Below, piece after piece: positions 9,343 to 19,578 of a stretch of DNA of 64,000 nt (positions within the stretch are counted from its first letter, which is position 1; each line of letters starts with the position of its first letter). The notes beneath the pieces are model-generated. The model worked only from the letters and a program-made list of their open reading frames with translations, did not search any database and had not been told where the DNA came from. Position numbers and translations under genes: made by a program. The DNA comes from an uncultured Clostridia bacterium (GTDB taxonomy: Bacteria > Bacillota > Clostridia > Lachnospirales > CAMZNU01), in contig CAMZNU010000005.1 in NCBI GenBank assembly GCA_947313885.1, positions 14,025 through 78,024 of the forward strand. The letters run 5' to 3'.

Positions 9343-9663
9343 ATGATTAAAGTTAAATTTTTCAAAAATGGAAATGGAGATATATATTGTTTTGAAGTAT
9401 TAGACCATGGAGAGTCTATAGTATGTGCAGGAGTATCAGCGTTAACATTTAATACTATAAATAGTATTGATAAGTTTACGAGTTGTAACTTTAGTACAGA
9501 GATAATAGAAGATGATGGTAGAATAGTTTTTATGTGTCAAAGTTTAAAAAATGGTAAAAAAGATGATAAAGTTACATTGTTGTTAAATTCTTTTGAATTA
9601 GGATTACAAGGTATACTAGAAGAGTATGGAAAAGATATAGAATTAAAATACGAGGAGGTGTAA
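9343..9663 (+). CDS. prp: ribosomal-processing cysteine protease Prp
   Basis: ~106 aa between rplU and rpmA; H...CAGVSAL catalytic region. Confidence 0.85.
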   Translation: MIKVKFFKNGNGDIYCFEVLDHGESIVCAGVSALTFNTINSIDKFTSCNFSTEIIEDDGRIVFMCQSLKNGKKDDKVTLLLNSFELGLQGILEEYGKDIELKYEEV

Positions 9664-9669
9664 TATATT

Positions 9670-9960
9670 ATGTTAAAAATGAATCTTCAATTTTTCGCAT
9701 CGAAAAAAGGGGTTGGATCATCTAGAAATGGACGTGATTCAAATTCAAAAAGATTAGGTGCTAAAAGAGCAGATGGACAATTTGTGTTAGCGGGAAATAT
9801 ACTTTATACACAAAGAGGTACAAAAATTCATCCAGGGACAAATGTAGGACGTGGAGGTAACGACACGTTATTTGCATTAGTGGACGGAAGAGTTAGATAT
9901 GAAAGAAAAGGGAGAAGCAAGAAAAAAGTTTCTGTTTACCCATTAGAAGTACAAGCGTAG
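9670..9960 (+). CDS. rpmA: 50S ribosomal protein L27 with Prp-cleaved N-terminal extension
   Basis: [14 protein letters not shown] pro-sequence motif followed by canonical L27. Confidence 0.97.
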   Translation: MLKMNLQFFASKKGVGSSRNGRDSNSKRLGAKRADGQFVLAGNILYTQRGTKIHPGTNVGRGGNDTLFALVDGRVRYERKGRSKKKVSVYPLEVQA

Positions 9961-9980
9961 ATAATAGATAGTTATAAAAA

Positions 9981-10016
9981 AAGTGATACTTAATAATTTA
10001 AGTATCACTTTTTTTA
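9981..10016 (+). terminator. rho-independent terminator
   Basis: 13-bp stem AAGTGATACTTAA / TTAAGTATCACTT plus T-run. Confidence 0.8.
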
Positions 10017-10041
10017 TAACTAATTGTAGAGGGAGAATGAT

Positions 10042-12174
10042 ATGAAAATAATAAAAATGCTAAGAGATGAATTTGATATAAAAGAAGAATATTTAAAAAA
10101 TATAATAGAGCTAATAGATGGCGGAAACACGATACCGTTTATAGCGCGGTACAGAAAAGAACTAACAGGTTCATTAGATGATCAAATACTTAGAGAATTA
10201 AATGACAGATTACGGTACATAAGAAGTTTAGAAGAACGAAAAGAAACGGTAGAAGCTACAATAGAGGAATTAGGGGAATTAAGTGATAAAATAAAAGAGG
10301 AGTTAAGAAAGGCAAAAACATTAACAGAAGTAGAAGATATATATAGACCATATAAGCCAAAAAAGAGAACAAGAGCATCTATTGCAAAAGAGAAAGGATT
10401 AGAAAAATTAAGTGAGAAAATAGTAGAGCAAAAAGAAGAAGATATAGAAGGAATAGCGACGGAGTTTATAAGTGAGGAGAAAGGGCTATTAACAATAGAA
10501 GATTGTATAAAGGGTAGTTTAGACATAATAGCGGAAAAAATATCAGACGATGTAGAAATAAGAAAGATGATAAGAAAAGAGTTTGAAGAAAATGGAATAA
10601 TAGAGAGTGGTGTAAATAAAAAAAATGATAGTACAGTGTATGAAATGTATTATGATTATAGCGAGCCGATAAAAAGCATAGCGGATCATAGAATATTAGC
10701 TATAAATAGGGGTGAAAAAGAAAAGGTATTAAAAGTATTATTAAATATAGATGTAGAAAAAGTATTAAAAAGAATAGAATATAAAATAATAATTAAGAAT
10801 AGTAAAAGTAAAAAATATTTAGAAGAATGTATAAAAGATAGTTATCATAGACTAATAGCACCATCGATAGAAAGAGAAATAAGAAGTGAGTTGTTTGAAA
10901 AGGCAGAAAAAGGTGCGATAAAAGTATTTGGTGAGAATTTAACGCAATTATTGTTACAAAGACCGTTAAAAGATAAAATAATATTATCATTAGATCCAGC
11001 GTATAGAACGGGATGCAAAATAGCGGTAATAAGTGGGGAAGGTAAAGTATTAGAAACTTGTGTAGTATATCCAACACCGCCACGAAACGAAGTAGAAAAA
11101 GCAGAAAAAAAATTAATACCAATGATAGAGAAATATGGAGTAGATGTTGTAGCGATAGGAAATGGTACAGCTAGCCGGGAGAGTGAGAAGTTTACGGCAG
11201 AAATGTTAAAGAAAATAAAAAAAGATATAAAATATGTAGTAGTAAATGAGGCAGGGGCATCAGTATATTCGGCATCGAAGTTAGGAGCGGAGGAGTTTCC
11301 AGACTTTGACGTTGCATTAAGAAGTGCGGTATCTATAGGAAGAAGAATACAAGACCCCTTAGCGGAGTTGGTAAAAATAGATCCAAAAAGTATAGGAGTT
11401 GGTCAATATCAACATGATATGAATCAAAAAAAATTAAATACAGCATTAGGTGAAGTAGTAGAAAGTGCCGTTAATAAAGTAGGAGTTAATTTAAATACGG
11501 CATCGCCAGCATTATTATCGTATGTATCGGGAATTAGCAAAACAGTAGCGAGGAACATATTCGAATATAGAGAAAAGAATGAAAAAATAATAAATAGGAA
11601 AGAATTATTAAAAGTATCGAAAGTAGGAGCTAAATCATTTACACAATGTGCGGGGTTTTTAAGAATTCAAGATGGAGACAATCCATTAGATAATACAGGA
11701 GTGCATCCTGAGAGTTATAAAGTTACAAAAAAATTATTAGAAAAACTAGGGTTTACGTTAGAAGATATAAGAAATAAGAAATTTAGTTTAAAAGGAAAAA
11801 GTATAGATTATATTAAATTAGGGGAACAATTAGAAATAGGTAAAGAGACATTAATGGATATAGTAAAGGAGTTAGAAAAGCCGGGGCTAGACCCACGTGA
11901 TAGTGCAGAGGAAGTAATATTGTCGAAAGATGTATTAACGATGGAAGATTTAAAAGAGGGGATGTTATTAAAAGGTACAGTAAGGAATGTTATCGATTTT
12001 GGTGCATTTGTAGATATAGGCGTGCATCAAGATGGGTTAGTGCATATATCAGAAATATGCGACAAATTTATAAAGCATCCACTAGACGTATTAAAAGTTG
12101 GGGATATAGTGAAAGTGAAAGTATTATCGGTTGATATAAATAAGAACAGAATACAATTAACGATGAAACTATAG
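10042..12174 (+). CDS. tex: Tex-like transcription accessory protein (YqgF, HhH and S1 domains)
   Basis: IPFIARYRKE N-terminal motif, length, C-terminal S1 domain (GTVRNVIDFGAFVDIG). Confidence 0.9.
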   Translation: MKIIKMLRDEFDIKEEYLKNIIELIDGGNTIPFIARYRKELTGSLDDQILRELNDRLRYIRSLEERKETVEATIEELGELSDKIKEELRKAKTLTEVEDIYRPYKPKKRTRASIAKEKGLEKLSEKIVEQKEEDIEGIATEFISEEKGLLTIEDCIKGSLDIIAEKISDDVEIRKMIRKEFEENGIIESGVNKKNDSTVYEMYYDYSEPIKSIADHRILAINRGEKEKVLKVLLNIDVEKVLKRIEYKIIIKNSKSKKYLEECIKDSYHRLIAPSIEREIRSELFEKAEKGAIKVFGENLTQLLLQRPLKDKIILSLDPAYRTGCKIAVISGEGKVLETCVVYPTPPRNEVEKAEKKLIPMIEKYGVDVVAIGNGTASRESEKFTAEMLKKIKKDIKYVVVNEAGASVYSASKLGAEEFPDFDVALRSAVSIGRRIQDPLAELVKIDPKSIGVGQYQHDMNQKKLNTALGEVVESAVNKVGVNLNTASPALLSYVSGISKTVARNIFEYREKNEKIINRKELLKVSKVGAKSFTQCAGFLRIQDGDNPLDNTGVHPESYKVTKKLLEKLGFTLEDIRNKKFSLKGKSIDYIKLGEQLEIGKETLMDIVKELEKPGLDPRDSAEEVILSKDVLTMEDLKEGMLLKGTVRNVIDFGAFVDIGVHQDGLVHISEICDKFIKHPLDVLKVGDIVKVKVLSVDINKNRIQLTMKL

Positions 12175-12185
12175 AGGAGACTATC

Positions 12186-12791
12186 GTGATAATAATAGGA
12201 AGTAATAATAAAGGTAAAGTGGAAGAAATAAAAAATATTTTAAGCCATATAGAAGTAAAAAGTTTAAAAGATGTAGGAATTAAAATAGAGGTAGTAGAAA
12301 ATGGGAATAGCTTTTTAGAAAATGCATTAATAAAAGCTAGAGCTATATATAAATTAACGGGAGAGACAGTAATTGCAGACGATTCAGGGATAGAAATAGA
12401 TTATTTAGATGGTGTGCCTGGAGTTAAGTCATCAAGATTTTTAGGAGAAGATACACCTTATGATATTAAAAATAAAAAAATAGTAGACATGTTAGAAGGT
12501 GTAGAAGGGGAGAAACGTAGTTGTAGGTTTAAATGTGTTATAGTGTGTTATTTTGGGGAAAAAGATTATATAGCAACAGAAGGTGTTATGGAAGGGTATA
12601 TATTAAAGGAATCGGTAGGTAGTAATGGATTTGGATACGATCCAATATTTTTAAGTAAAAGATTAAATAAGTGTGTAGGAATGATGAATAGTGAAGAAAA
12701 AAATAAAATTAGCCATAGAGGAGAGGCGTTAAGAGAATTGAAAAATAAATTAAAAGAAAGAGGATATTATGAAGATATTATTAATGAGTGA
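12186..12791 (+). CDS. rdgB: non-canonical purine NTP pyrophosphatase (RdgB/HAM1)
   Basis: GTG start after GAGGAG; SNNKGKVEE...ADDSG...GFGYDPIF...ISHRG motifs. Confidence 0.9.
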   Translation: MIIIGSNNKGKVEEIKNILSHIEVKSLKDVGIKIEVVENGNSFLENALIKARAIYKLTGETVIADDSGIEIDYLDGVPGVKSSRFLGEDTPYDIKNKKIVDMLEGVEGEKRSCRFKCVIVCYFGEKDYIATEGVMEGYILKESVGSNGFGYDPIFLSKRLNKCVGMMNSEEKNKISHRGEALRELKNKLKERGYYEDIINE

Positions 12792-13230
12792 TGTACACGG
12801 TGATTATAAGTCTCTAGAAAAGGTTTTAAACCGAGAAAAAAATAATTTTGATAAAGTAGTTTTTACAGGTGATGGCACAAGAGAGTTTAAAGAAGTATTT
12901 AAAGATGAGAATACAATAGAGGTAAGAGGTAATTGTGATTTAGGAAGTGAAAACGAAGAAGAATATATAGAACTAGAGAACAATAAAATCTTAATAACCC
13001 ATGGGCATTTGTATGATGTTAAAAGAGATCTAAATAATTTATATTATAGAGGCAAAGAAGTAGGGGCGGATTATATATTTTTTGGACATACACATATACC
13101 GACAAATGAAGTTATTGATGACATTAAAATGATTAACGGTGGAAGTTTATCAGAAGAATACTGTGTGATAGAAAACACGTATTGCATAATAGATTTAAAT
13201 TGTGGAGATGTAGTATTTAGAAGAGTTTAA
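12769..13230 (+). CDS. YfcE/MJ0936-family metallophosphoesterase
   Basis: SDVHGD, GDG, GNCD, THGH, GHTH motifs. Confidence 0.85.
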   Translation: MKILLMSDVHGDYKSLEKVLNREKNNFDKVVFTGDGTREFKEVFKDENTIEVRGNCDLGSENEEEYIELENNKILITHGHLYDVKRDLNNLYYRGKEVGADYIFFGHTHIPTNEVIDDIKMINGGSLSEEYCVIENTYCIIDLNCGDVVFRRV

Positions 13231-13366
13231 AAAACTAAAAAGAATGAAAATATATTGCATAATACAAGCTTATATTTCAAAAAAAACTAAAAATCAAAAA
13301 AAAATAGTCATTATTTAATGTTAAGTGCATATTATGATATCATAACAAACTTTTATGGAGGTAAAT

Positions 13367-13519
13367 ATGATGGGAAGCGATAATATGTTATTAATAATGT
13401 TGATGATGATGCAAGGTGATCAAGGACAAAGTCAAGATAATACGATGATGATGCTTATGATGCTTATGATGATGCAAGGTGGAAATAATTCATATATAAA
13501 TAGACCGCACGCTCTGTAA
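13367..13519 (+). CDS. unannotated 50-aa methionine-rich small protein (MMGSDNMLLIMLMMMQGDQGQSQDNTMMMLMMLMMMQGGNNSYINRPHAL)
   Basis: GGAGG 5 nt upstream of ATG; 15 of 50 codons are ATG; strong terminator right after the stop. Confidence 0.5.
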   Translation: MMGSDNMLLIMLMMMQGDQGQSQDNTMMMLMMLMMMQGGNNSYINRPHAL

Positions 13520-13534
13520 TTTAAATAAAAAAAT

Positions 13535-13570
13535 AAAAGGACTTCTGTATTTCAGAAGTCCTTTTATTTT
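13535..13570. terminator. bidirectional rho-independent terminator
   Basis: 13-bp stem AAAAGGACTTCTG / CAGAAGTCCTTTT with an A-run upstream and a T-run downstream; lies between convergent genes. Confidence 0.85.
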
Positions 13571-13571
13571 T

Positions 13572-14978
13572 TTAATTAGTTCTATGTTTCAAATTGTATA
13601 TTAAAAATATTGCTCCAAGGAAGAGAGCGAACATCACTCCAAATATTTGTGAAAATAAAATATTTAAGTTAAAGCCAATAGGAGACATTAATATAAAAGT
13701 TGTACATACAGCCGACATAAACATAGCGGGTATTAAAGCGACCCAGTAATTTTTAAATTCTCTAATTAAAAAAGAAGCAATTGTCCAGAGGGTAAAGGAT
13801 GCTATTAATTGATTTGTGAATCCAAAGTACCTCCAAAGTATATTAAAATCAACGGTAGATAATAAAAATCCTATAGTGAATAAAGGGACTGCTATATAGA
13901 GTCTGTTTATTATAGGTCTTTGATTAAATTTAAAAGCATCGGCAATAGTAAGCCTTGCGCTTCTAAAAGAAGTATCACCAGATGTTATAGGAGCAACAAC
14001 AACTCCAAACACAGCTAAAGCACCACCCACAGGACCTAATAAAGTTTTAGAAATAATATTAACTATAGCGGGAGCATCACCAGTGAAATTAGATAACCCA
14101 TCTACACCGTCAAAAAATGACATAGCCGCCGCTGCCCAAATGAGGGCAACTATCCCTTCGGCAATCATAGATCCGTAGAAAACATTACGCCCTTGTTTTT
14201 CATTAGTAATGCAACGTGCCATAAGAGGTGACTGTGTAGCATGGAAACCAGAGATAGCACCACAAGCAATAGTAATAAAAAGCATGGGAAAAATTGGAAC
14301 GTTAATAGGATCGTTTTGCATATTGTAAGTGTTCCCAAAAAGTTCAGGGATAGTATAACCTTTAACTATAGTCATAAATCCTACACCAAATGCCATAAAT
14401 AATAGAGCTATACTAAATATAGGGTATATTCTAGATATAATTTTATCAAGAGGTAAGAGTGTTGCGAGTATGTAATAAATAAAAATTATATAGACTAGAA
14501 TATTAATATTAATATTAGTTAAATCATGAAGTATGCTAGCAGGTCCGGCAACAAAAACAACTCCTACGAGAACTAGCAATACGACAGATATCACTCTAAT
14601 AGCTAACATAAAAGGGTAGCCAAGATATTTTCCGACAAGTTCTGCAATAGAGATGCCATCGTGTCTAAGTGATAACATACCAGCCATGTAGTCATGAACA
14701 GCACCAGCAAAGATTGATCCGATAACAATCCATATAAAAGCGACAGGTCCAAATAATGCACCAGCGATAGCACCAAAAATTGGTCCTAGCCCAGCGATAT
14801 TTAAAAACTGTATCATAAAAAGTTTCCAAGGGGGTAAAGGTATAAAGTCTACACCATCGTTAATACGAGTGGCTGGTGTTTTGTCATTTGGTCGGATGAC
14901 AAATATTTTTTCGATAAACTTACTATAAAATAAATGTCCAAGAACAAGCAACACAATTGAAATAAAAAAAGTATACAT
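13572..14978 (-). CDS. cstA: carbon starvation protein CstA (peptide/pyruvate transporter family)
   Basis: polytopic CstA-like sequence; start moved to the ATG behind the AAGGAGGA RBS (MYTFFISIV...). Confidence 0.85.
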   Translation of the reverse strand: MYTFFISIVLLVLGHLFYSKFIEKIFVIRPNDKTPATRINDGVDFIPLPPWKLFMIQFLNIAGLGPIFGAIAGALFGPVAFIWIVIGSIFAGAVHDYMAGMLSLRHDGISIAELVGKYLGYPFMLAIRVISVVLLVLVGVVFVAGPASILHDLTNININILVYIIFIYYILATLLPLDKIISRIYPIFSIALLFMAFGVGFMTIVKGYTIPELFGNTYNMQNDPINVPIFPMLFITIACGAISGFHATQSPLMARCITNEKQGRNVFYGSMIAEGIVALIWAAAAMSFFDGVDGLSNFTGDAPAIVNIISKTLLGPVGGALAVFGVVVAPITSGDTSFRSARLTIADAFKFNQRPIINRLYIAVPLFTIGFLLSTVDFNILWRYFGFTNQLIASFTLWTIASFLIREFKNYWVALIPAMFMSAVCTTFILMSPIGFNLNILFSQIFGVMFALFLGAIFLIYNLKHRTN

Positions 14979-15085
14979 AAAATCCTCCTTATAGAATAAA
15001 TAATTTAACACTAAATAGCAGTAAACAATCCATATATAAAATAGTATGGAAAATAAAAACTTTTAGTAATAATAAATATTTTAAC

Positions 15086-15124
15086 GAAAAAAAAAGAAAG
15101 AGTAAACAGGTTACTCCTTCTTTT
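15086..15124 (-). terminator. rho-independent terminator (minus strand)
   Basis: on the minus strand, GAAGGAGTAA / TTACTCTTTC stem followed by U9. Confidence 0.7.
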
Positions 15125-15159
15125 AACAAAATATTAAAATATTTAATTATAAATATAAT

Positions 15160-15585
15160 TTAGCGACAAAGTTCTTCACCGAATCCGAACATAGAACGTT
15201 CACCACGACCTCTACCAAAACCACGTGATTCCATAGATAAAAATCTTTCTTCTCTATTAGCCTGTAGGTCTTCAATAGAAATGCCGAAAGCGTCAGCACG
15301 GATAGCATCAATTTCGCTACCAGTTAAGTGATCACGTAATTCATAAAGAGGAACGTTAAGTTCTTCAGCCTTTTTTTCTAAAGCATCAATAAAAGCATTT
15401 CTAGAATCCGCGTTGAAGTTTTCGTTAGAAATTCCGTTCATCATAAAACGGTTACCTCTAGAACCCCTTAGTTCATTTCTAAAATCAGTATTCATAGTTC
15501 TGTTAAAAGTGCTAGCACTAACGTTAGATGCAACACCACCAACAAGTAAAATACCTACAGCTGTAAAAGTTAATAATTTTTTCAT
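15160..15585 (-). CDS. hypothetical secreted protein with RG-rich C-terminus
   Basis: start set at MKKLLTFTAVGILLVGGVASNVSA (signal peptide) behind a GGAGG RBS; no recognisable family. Confidence 0.6.
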   Translation of the reverse strand: MKKLLTFTAVGILLVGGVASNVSASTFNRTMNTDFRNELRGSRGNRFMMNGISNENFNADSRNAFIDALEKKAEELNVPLYELRDHLTGSEIDAIRADAFGISIEDLQANREERFLSMESRGFGRGRGERSMFGFGEELCR

Positions 15586-15693
15586 AATAATACCTCCAAT
15601 AAAATTTAATAATATATGTGGTTCCATAAATATAGTATACAAAATAAAAGTAATAAAAATGTTTTAAATATGGCAAAAGTAAGGCAAATAAAA

Positions 15694-15722
15694 TTGACTA
15701 TAAACTTTAAAAACAATATAAT
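15694..15722 (+). promoter_or_regulatory. sigmaA-type promoter of glgB
   Basis: TTGACT, 17 nt, TATAAT. Confidence 0.6.
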
Positions 15723-15764
15723 AAGTATAGATATACCATTATGAAAAAGAATGAGGGGGTAATT

Positions 15765-17936
15765 ATGGAGAATCAATTATTAGCATTAGTAAATGGAAAT
15801 TTAAAAAATCCACATAATATACTAGGGATGAAAGGAATAAATGAAAATAAAAAGAAAAAGTTAGAGATAAGATGTTATTATAAAAATGCGGAAAAAGTAA
15901 TATTAATAGATAATAAAAGTAAAAAAAGAATAAAAATGAAAGAAAATAAAGTTAAAGGTATATTTGAAGTAAAAGTAGATTTTATTAAAAACTTTCAATA
16001 TTGCTATGAAGTAACTATTGATAATAATACGTGGGTAACATATGATCCATATAATTTTGAATTACAAATAACGGAATTTGATTTACATTTATTTTCAAAT
16101 GGAACTCATTATAAGATATTTGACAAATTGGGGAGTCATTTAAAAACGCTACAAGGTGTGGAAGGTGTAACTTTTGCGATATGGGCACCTAATGCAAAAC
16201 GTGTAAGCGTAATAGGAGATTTTAATAACTGGGATGGATTAAGAAACCCTATGACATTGCATAAAAGTGGTGGTGTATGGGAAATATTCATACCAGGGTT
16301 AAGAAGTGGAGATAAATATAAATATGAAATAAAAACAGAGGAGGACTATATATTAGAAAAAAGTGATCCATACGGATTTTATTTTGAAGTTCGTCCAAAC
16401 AAGGCAACGGTGGTATATAACGAAAAAGATTATAAATGGTCAGATAATAAATGGAAAGAGAAAGTAGAAAAATCAGACATTGTAAATACACCAATAAATA
16501 TATATGAAGTACATTTAGGTTCATGGGCTAAAAATGTTGAAAAAAATAATGATTTTTTAACATATAGAGAATTAGCTGATGAGTTAATAACGTATGTTTT
16601 AGAAATGGGTTATACACATATAGAGTTATTGCCGATATTAGAGCATCCATATGATCCATCATGGGGATATCAAGTAACGGGGTATTTTGCGCCTACTAGT
16701 AGATTTGGGCATCCAGATGATTTCAAATTTTTTGTAGATGAATGCCATAAAAATAATATAGGTGTAATATTAGATTGGGTTCCTGCACATTTTCCAAAAG
16801 ACGAGGTAGGGTTAGCCAAATTTGATGGAACGTGTCTGTATGAACATAACAATCCAGCCCAAGGAGAACATCCAGATTGGGGAACATTAATATTTAATTA
16901 TGGAAGAAATGAAGTAAAAAACTTTTTAATAAGTAATGCACTGTTTTGGGTAGAAGAGTATCATATAGATGGTCTTAGAACAGATGCTGTAGCATCAATG
17001 TTATATTTAGATTATGGCAAAGAAGATGGAGAATGGGTATCTAATGAGTATGGTGGGCGTGAAAATTTAGAAGCTATAGAATTTATAAAGCATTTAAATT
17101 CTATAATGCAAAAAACAAATAAAAATATTTTAATGATAGCGGAAGAATCAACATCGTGGCCTAAGATTACAGGGGAATTAGATGAAGGGTCGTTAGGATT
17201 TAATTTAAAATGGAACATGGGGTGGATGAATGATTTTTTAAGTTATATAGAGAAAGATCCAATACATAGAAAATATGACCATCATAAATTAACATTTGGA
17301 ATGTATTATCATTACACAGAAAAATTCATGTTAGTTTTATCGCATGATGAGGTAGTACATGGTAAAAAATCTATGTTAGATAAAATGCCGGGAGATTTTT
17401 GGCAAAAGTGTGCAAATTTAAAATTAACGTATGGTTTTAAAATGGGACATCCAGGTAAAAAATTGTTATTTATGGGACAAGAATTTGGACAAATGTCGGA
17501 ATGGTCAGAAGAAAGAAGTTTAGATTGGCATTTATTAGAGTATGAGCAACATAGACAAATACAACAATTTGTAAAGGATTTAAATGAATTATATAAGAAA
17601 GAAAAAGCATTATGGAAATATGATTTTGATGCGGAAGGATTTAGTTGGATAGATTGTAATGATGGAAATAGTAGCATAATTACATTTACGAGAAAGACTA
17701 GAAAAGTAGCTGAAACGTTAGTATTTGTATGTAATTTCACACCAGTTGTGCATTTAAATTATAATATTCAAATGCCGTTAGAAGGTAAGTATGAAGAAAT
17801 TTTAAATAGTGATAATTTAAAGTATGGAGGAAGTGGCGTTATAAATGAGCATATTTTAGATAGTAAAAATGAAAATGATAGATATGTTGAAATAAAAGTT
17901 ATGCCATTAGGAGTAAGTGTATTTAAAATAAAGTAA
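15765..17936 (+). CDS. glgB: 1,4-alpha-glucan branching enzyme
   Basis: GH13 catalytic motifs (DWVPAHF, GLRTDAVASM, AEEST, SHDEVVHGK); start at the ATG after GAGGGGG. Confidence 0.93.
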   Translation: MENQLLALVNGNLKNPHNILGMKGINENKKKKLEIRCYYKNAEKVILIDNKSKKRIKMKENKVKGIFEVKVDFIKNFQYCYEVTIDNNTWVTYDPYNFELQITEFDLHLFSNGTHYKIFDKLGSHLKTLQGVEGVTFAIWAPNAKRVSVIGDFNNWDGLRNPMTLHKSGGVWEIFIPGLRSGDKYKYEIKTEEDYILEKSDPYGFYFEVRPNKATVVYNEKDYKWSDNKWKEKVEKSDIVNTPINIYEVHLGSWAKNVEKNNDFLTYRELADELITYVLEMGYTHIELLPILEHPYDPSWGYQVTGYFAPTSRFGHPDDFKFFVDECHKNNIGVILDWVPAHFPKDEVGLAKFDGTCLYEHNNPAQGEHPDWGTLIFNYGRNEVKNFLISNALFWVEEYHIDGLRTDAVASMLYLDYGKEDGEWVSNEYGGRENLEAIEFIKHLNSIMQKTNKNILMIAEESTSWPKITGELDEGSLGFNLKWNMGWMNDFLSYIEKDPIHRKYDHHKLTFGMYYHYTEKFMLVLSHDEVVHGKKSMLDKMPGDFWQKCANLKLTYGFKMGHPGKKLLFMGQEFGQMSEWSEERSLDWHLLEYEQHRQIQQFVKDLNELYKKEKALWKYDFDAEGFSWIDCNDGNSSIITFTRKTRKVAETLVFVCNFTPVVHLNYNIQMPLEGKYEEILNSDNLKYGGSGVINEHILDSKNENDRYVEIKVMPLGVSVFKIK

Positions 17937-17947
17937 GTGATAAAGAT

Positions 17948-17976
17948 GATACTTCTAATTTGAAGTATCTTTTTTA
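17948..17976 (+). terminator. rho-independent terminator
   Basis: stem GATACTTC / GAAGTATC plus T-run. Confidence 0.7.
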
Positions 17977-18098
17977 TTGTACGAATAAATAAATAGGAAA
18001 CATAAAGAGATTAAAAAATATGAGTATGTGTTGATAAAAAAGTAAATGTTAATTATAATGAAGAAGTGAATGAATTTAGATGAGAACGGAGAAAACGT

Positions 18099-19019
18099 AT
18101 GTTAGATGTAGCGCTTTTAGGAACAAGTGGAATGATGCCATTACCGGATAGATATTTAACGGCGTTAATATGTAGATTAAAGGGTAAAATGTTATTAATA
18201 GATTGCGGTGAGAGTACACAAGTCACATTAAAAATATTAAAATATGGGTTTAAAAATATAGATATAATTTGTATAACACATTTTCACGGTGATCACGTAT
18301 TAGGATTACCAGGATTACTACTTATGATAAGCAATTCGAATAGAACGGATGATTTAACAATTATAGGACCAATAGGTTTAAGAAAGGTAGTGGAGAGTTT
18401 ATTAATAGTAGCCCCAGAAATAAATTTTAAAATAAATTATATAGAAATAAAAGAGAGTGTAGAAAAGCCAATAAAAATTAGTGGATTTTCTATATATACA
18501 ACAGATTTAGAACATAAATTACAATGTTTAGGATATAGTATAGAAGTTGAAAGGAAAGGAAAATTTGACAAGGCAAAGGCGATAAAAAACGACATACCGA
18601 AAAAATATTGGGGAAATTTACAAAACGGTGAAGAAATTGTATTAGAGGATATAACGTATAAAAGCGATATGGTGTTAGGTAAAAAGAGAAAAGGGATAAA
18701 AGTAACATATTTTACAGATACGCTATATTTAGAAAAACTAAAGGAATTTGCTAGAGGGTCAGATTTATTGGTATCAGAGGGGTTATATGGTGATGAAAGT
18801 AAAAAAGAGAAGGCAGTAGAGTATAAACACATGACATTTTTAGATAGTTGCAAAATTGCAAAAGGAGGGGATGTAAAGGAATTATGGTTAACACATTATA
18901 GCCCATCCCTAACGAATCCAGAAGAATACTTAGAAATGGCGCAAGAGGAGTTTAAAAATACAAATCTTGGATATGATAGGAAAGAGAAGAGTTTATTATT
19001 TGAAGAAGAAGGAGAATAA
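18099..19019 (+). CDS. rnz: ribonuclease Z (metallo-beta-lactamase fold)
   Basis: LGTSG N-terminus, HFHGDH motif, ~306 aa. Confidence 0.8.
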   Translation: MLDVALLGTSGMMPLPDRYLTALICRLKGKMLLIDCGESTQVTLKILKYGFKNIDIICITHFHGDHVLGLPGLLLMISNSNRTDDLTIIGPIGLRKVVESLLIVAPEINFKINYIEIKESVEKPIKISGFSIYTTDLEHKLQCLGYSIEVERKGKFDKAKAIKNDIPKKYWGNLQNGEEIVLEDITYKSDMVLGKKRKGIKVTYFTDTLYLEKLKEFARGSDLLVSEGLYGDESKKEKAVEYKHMTFLDSCKIAKGGDVKELWLTHYSPSLTNPEEYLEMAQEEFKNTNLGYDRKEKSLLFEEEGE

Positions 19020-19020
19020 A

Positions 19021-19569
19021 ATGAAAAAAACCATAGGTATTTTAGTGGGGATAATATTACTAAGTGGATTAATATATACAATATATAAAGGTTATGAAAG
19101 TACAAAAAATAAAGAAGATGTAGTAATAGAAGAGAAAGAGAAAGATGTAAGGATAAGAAAAATATTATCATATGATTTAGAAAATAATTATCCAAATGAA
19201 TATATAGATGTGTTAAAAGCATATACGTCTACAGTTGAATATATTTATTCTGGTATAGATAATGTAGACGTTGAAAAAGCTGTAGAAATACAAAGACAAC
19301 TGTTATCAAAAGAAGTATTAAAATTAAATAGCAAAGAAGAGCAAATAAGAATAGCAAAATTAGATATAAAAAAGAAGTTAAGTGAAGGGATTAACATATA
19401 TAGTTCGAAAGTATATGATACGTATCAAGACTCTATAAATAATAAAATAGCGGTAGGGTCATCATTATATTATTCAACACAAGGCACAGGAAACAATATA
19501 GACATAGAATATCATTTAATAAAAGAAGACGGTAAGTGGAAAGTATTTCATTTCAGGAGTAAAAGATAG
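19021..19569 (+). CDS. hypothetical membrane-anchored protein
   Basis: start set at MKKTIGILVGIILLSG (N-terminal TM) after GGAGAA; no family recognised. Confidence 0.55.
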   Translation: MKKTIGILVGIILLSGLIYTIYKGYESTKNKEDVVIEEKEKDVRIRKILSYDLENNYPNEYIDVLKAYTSTVEYIYSGIDNVDVEKAVEIQRQLLSKEVLKLNSKEEQIRIAKLDIKKKLSEGINIYSSKVYDTYQDSINNKIAVGSSLYYSTQGTGNNIDIEYHLIKEDGKWKVFHFRSKR

Positions 19570-19578
19570 GAGTAAAAG

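Noticed and set aside
15765-17936. glgB without neighbouring glgC, glgA or glgP
   Set aside because: The other glycogen genes may simply lie outside the window; nothing in the sequence itself is unusual.
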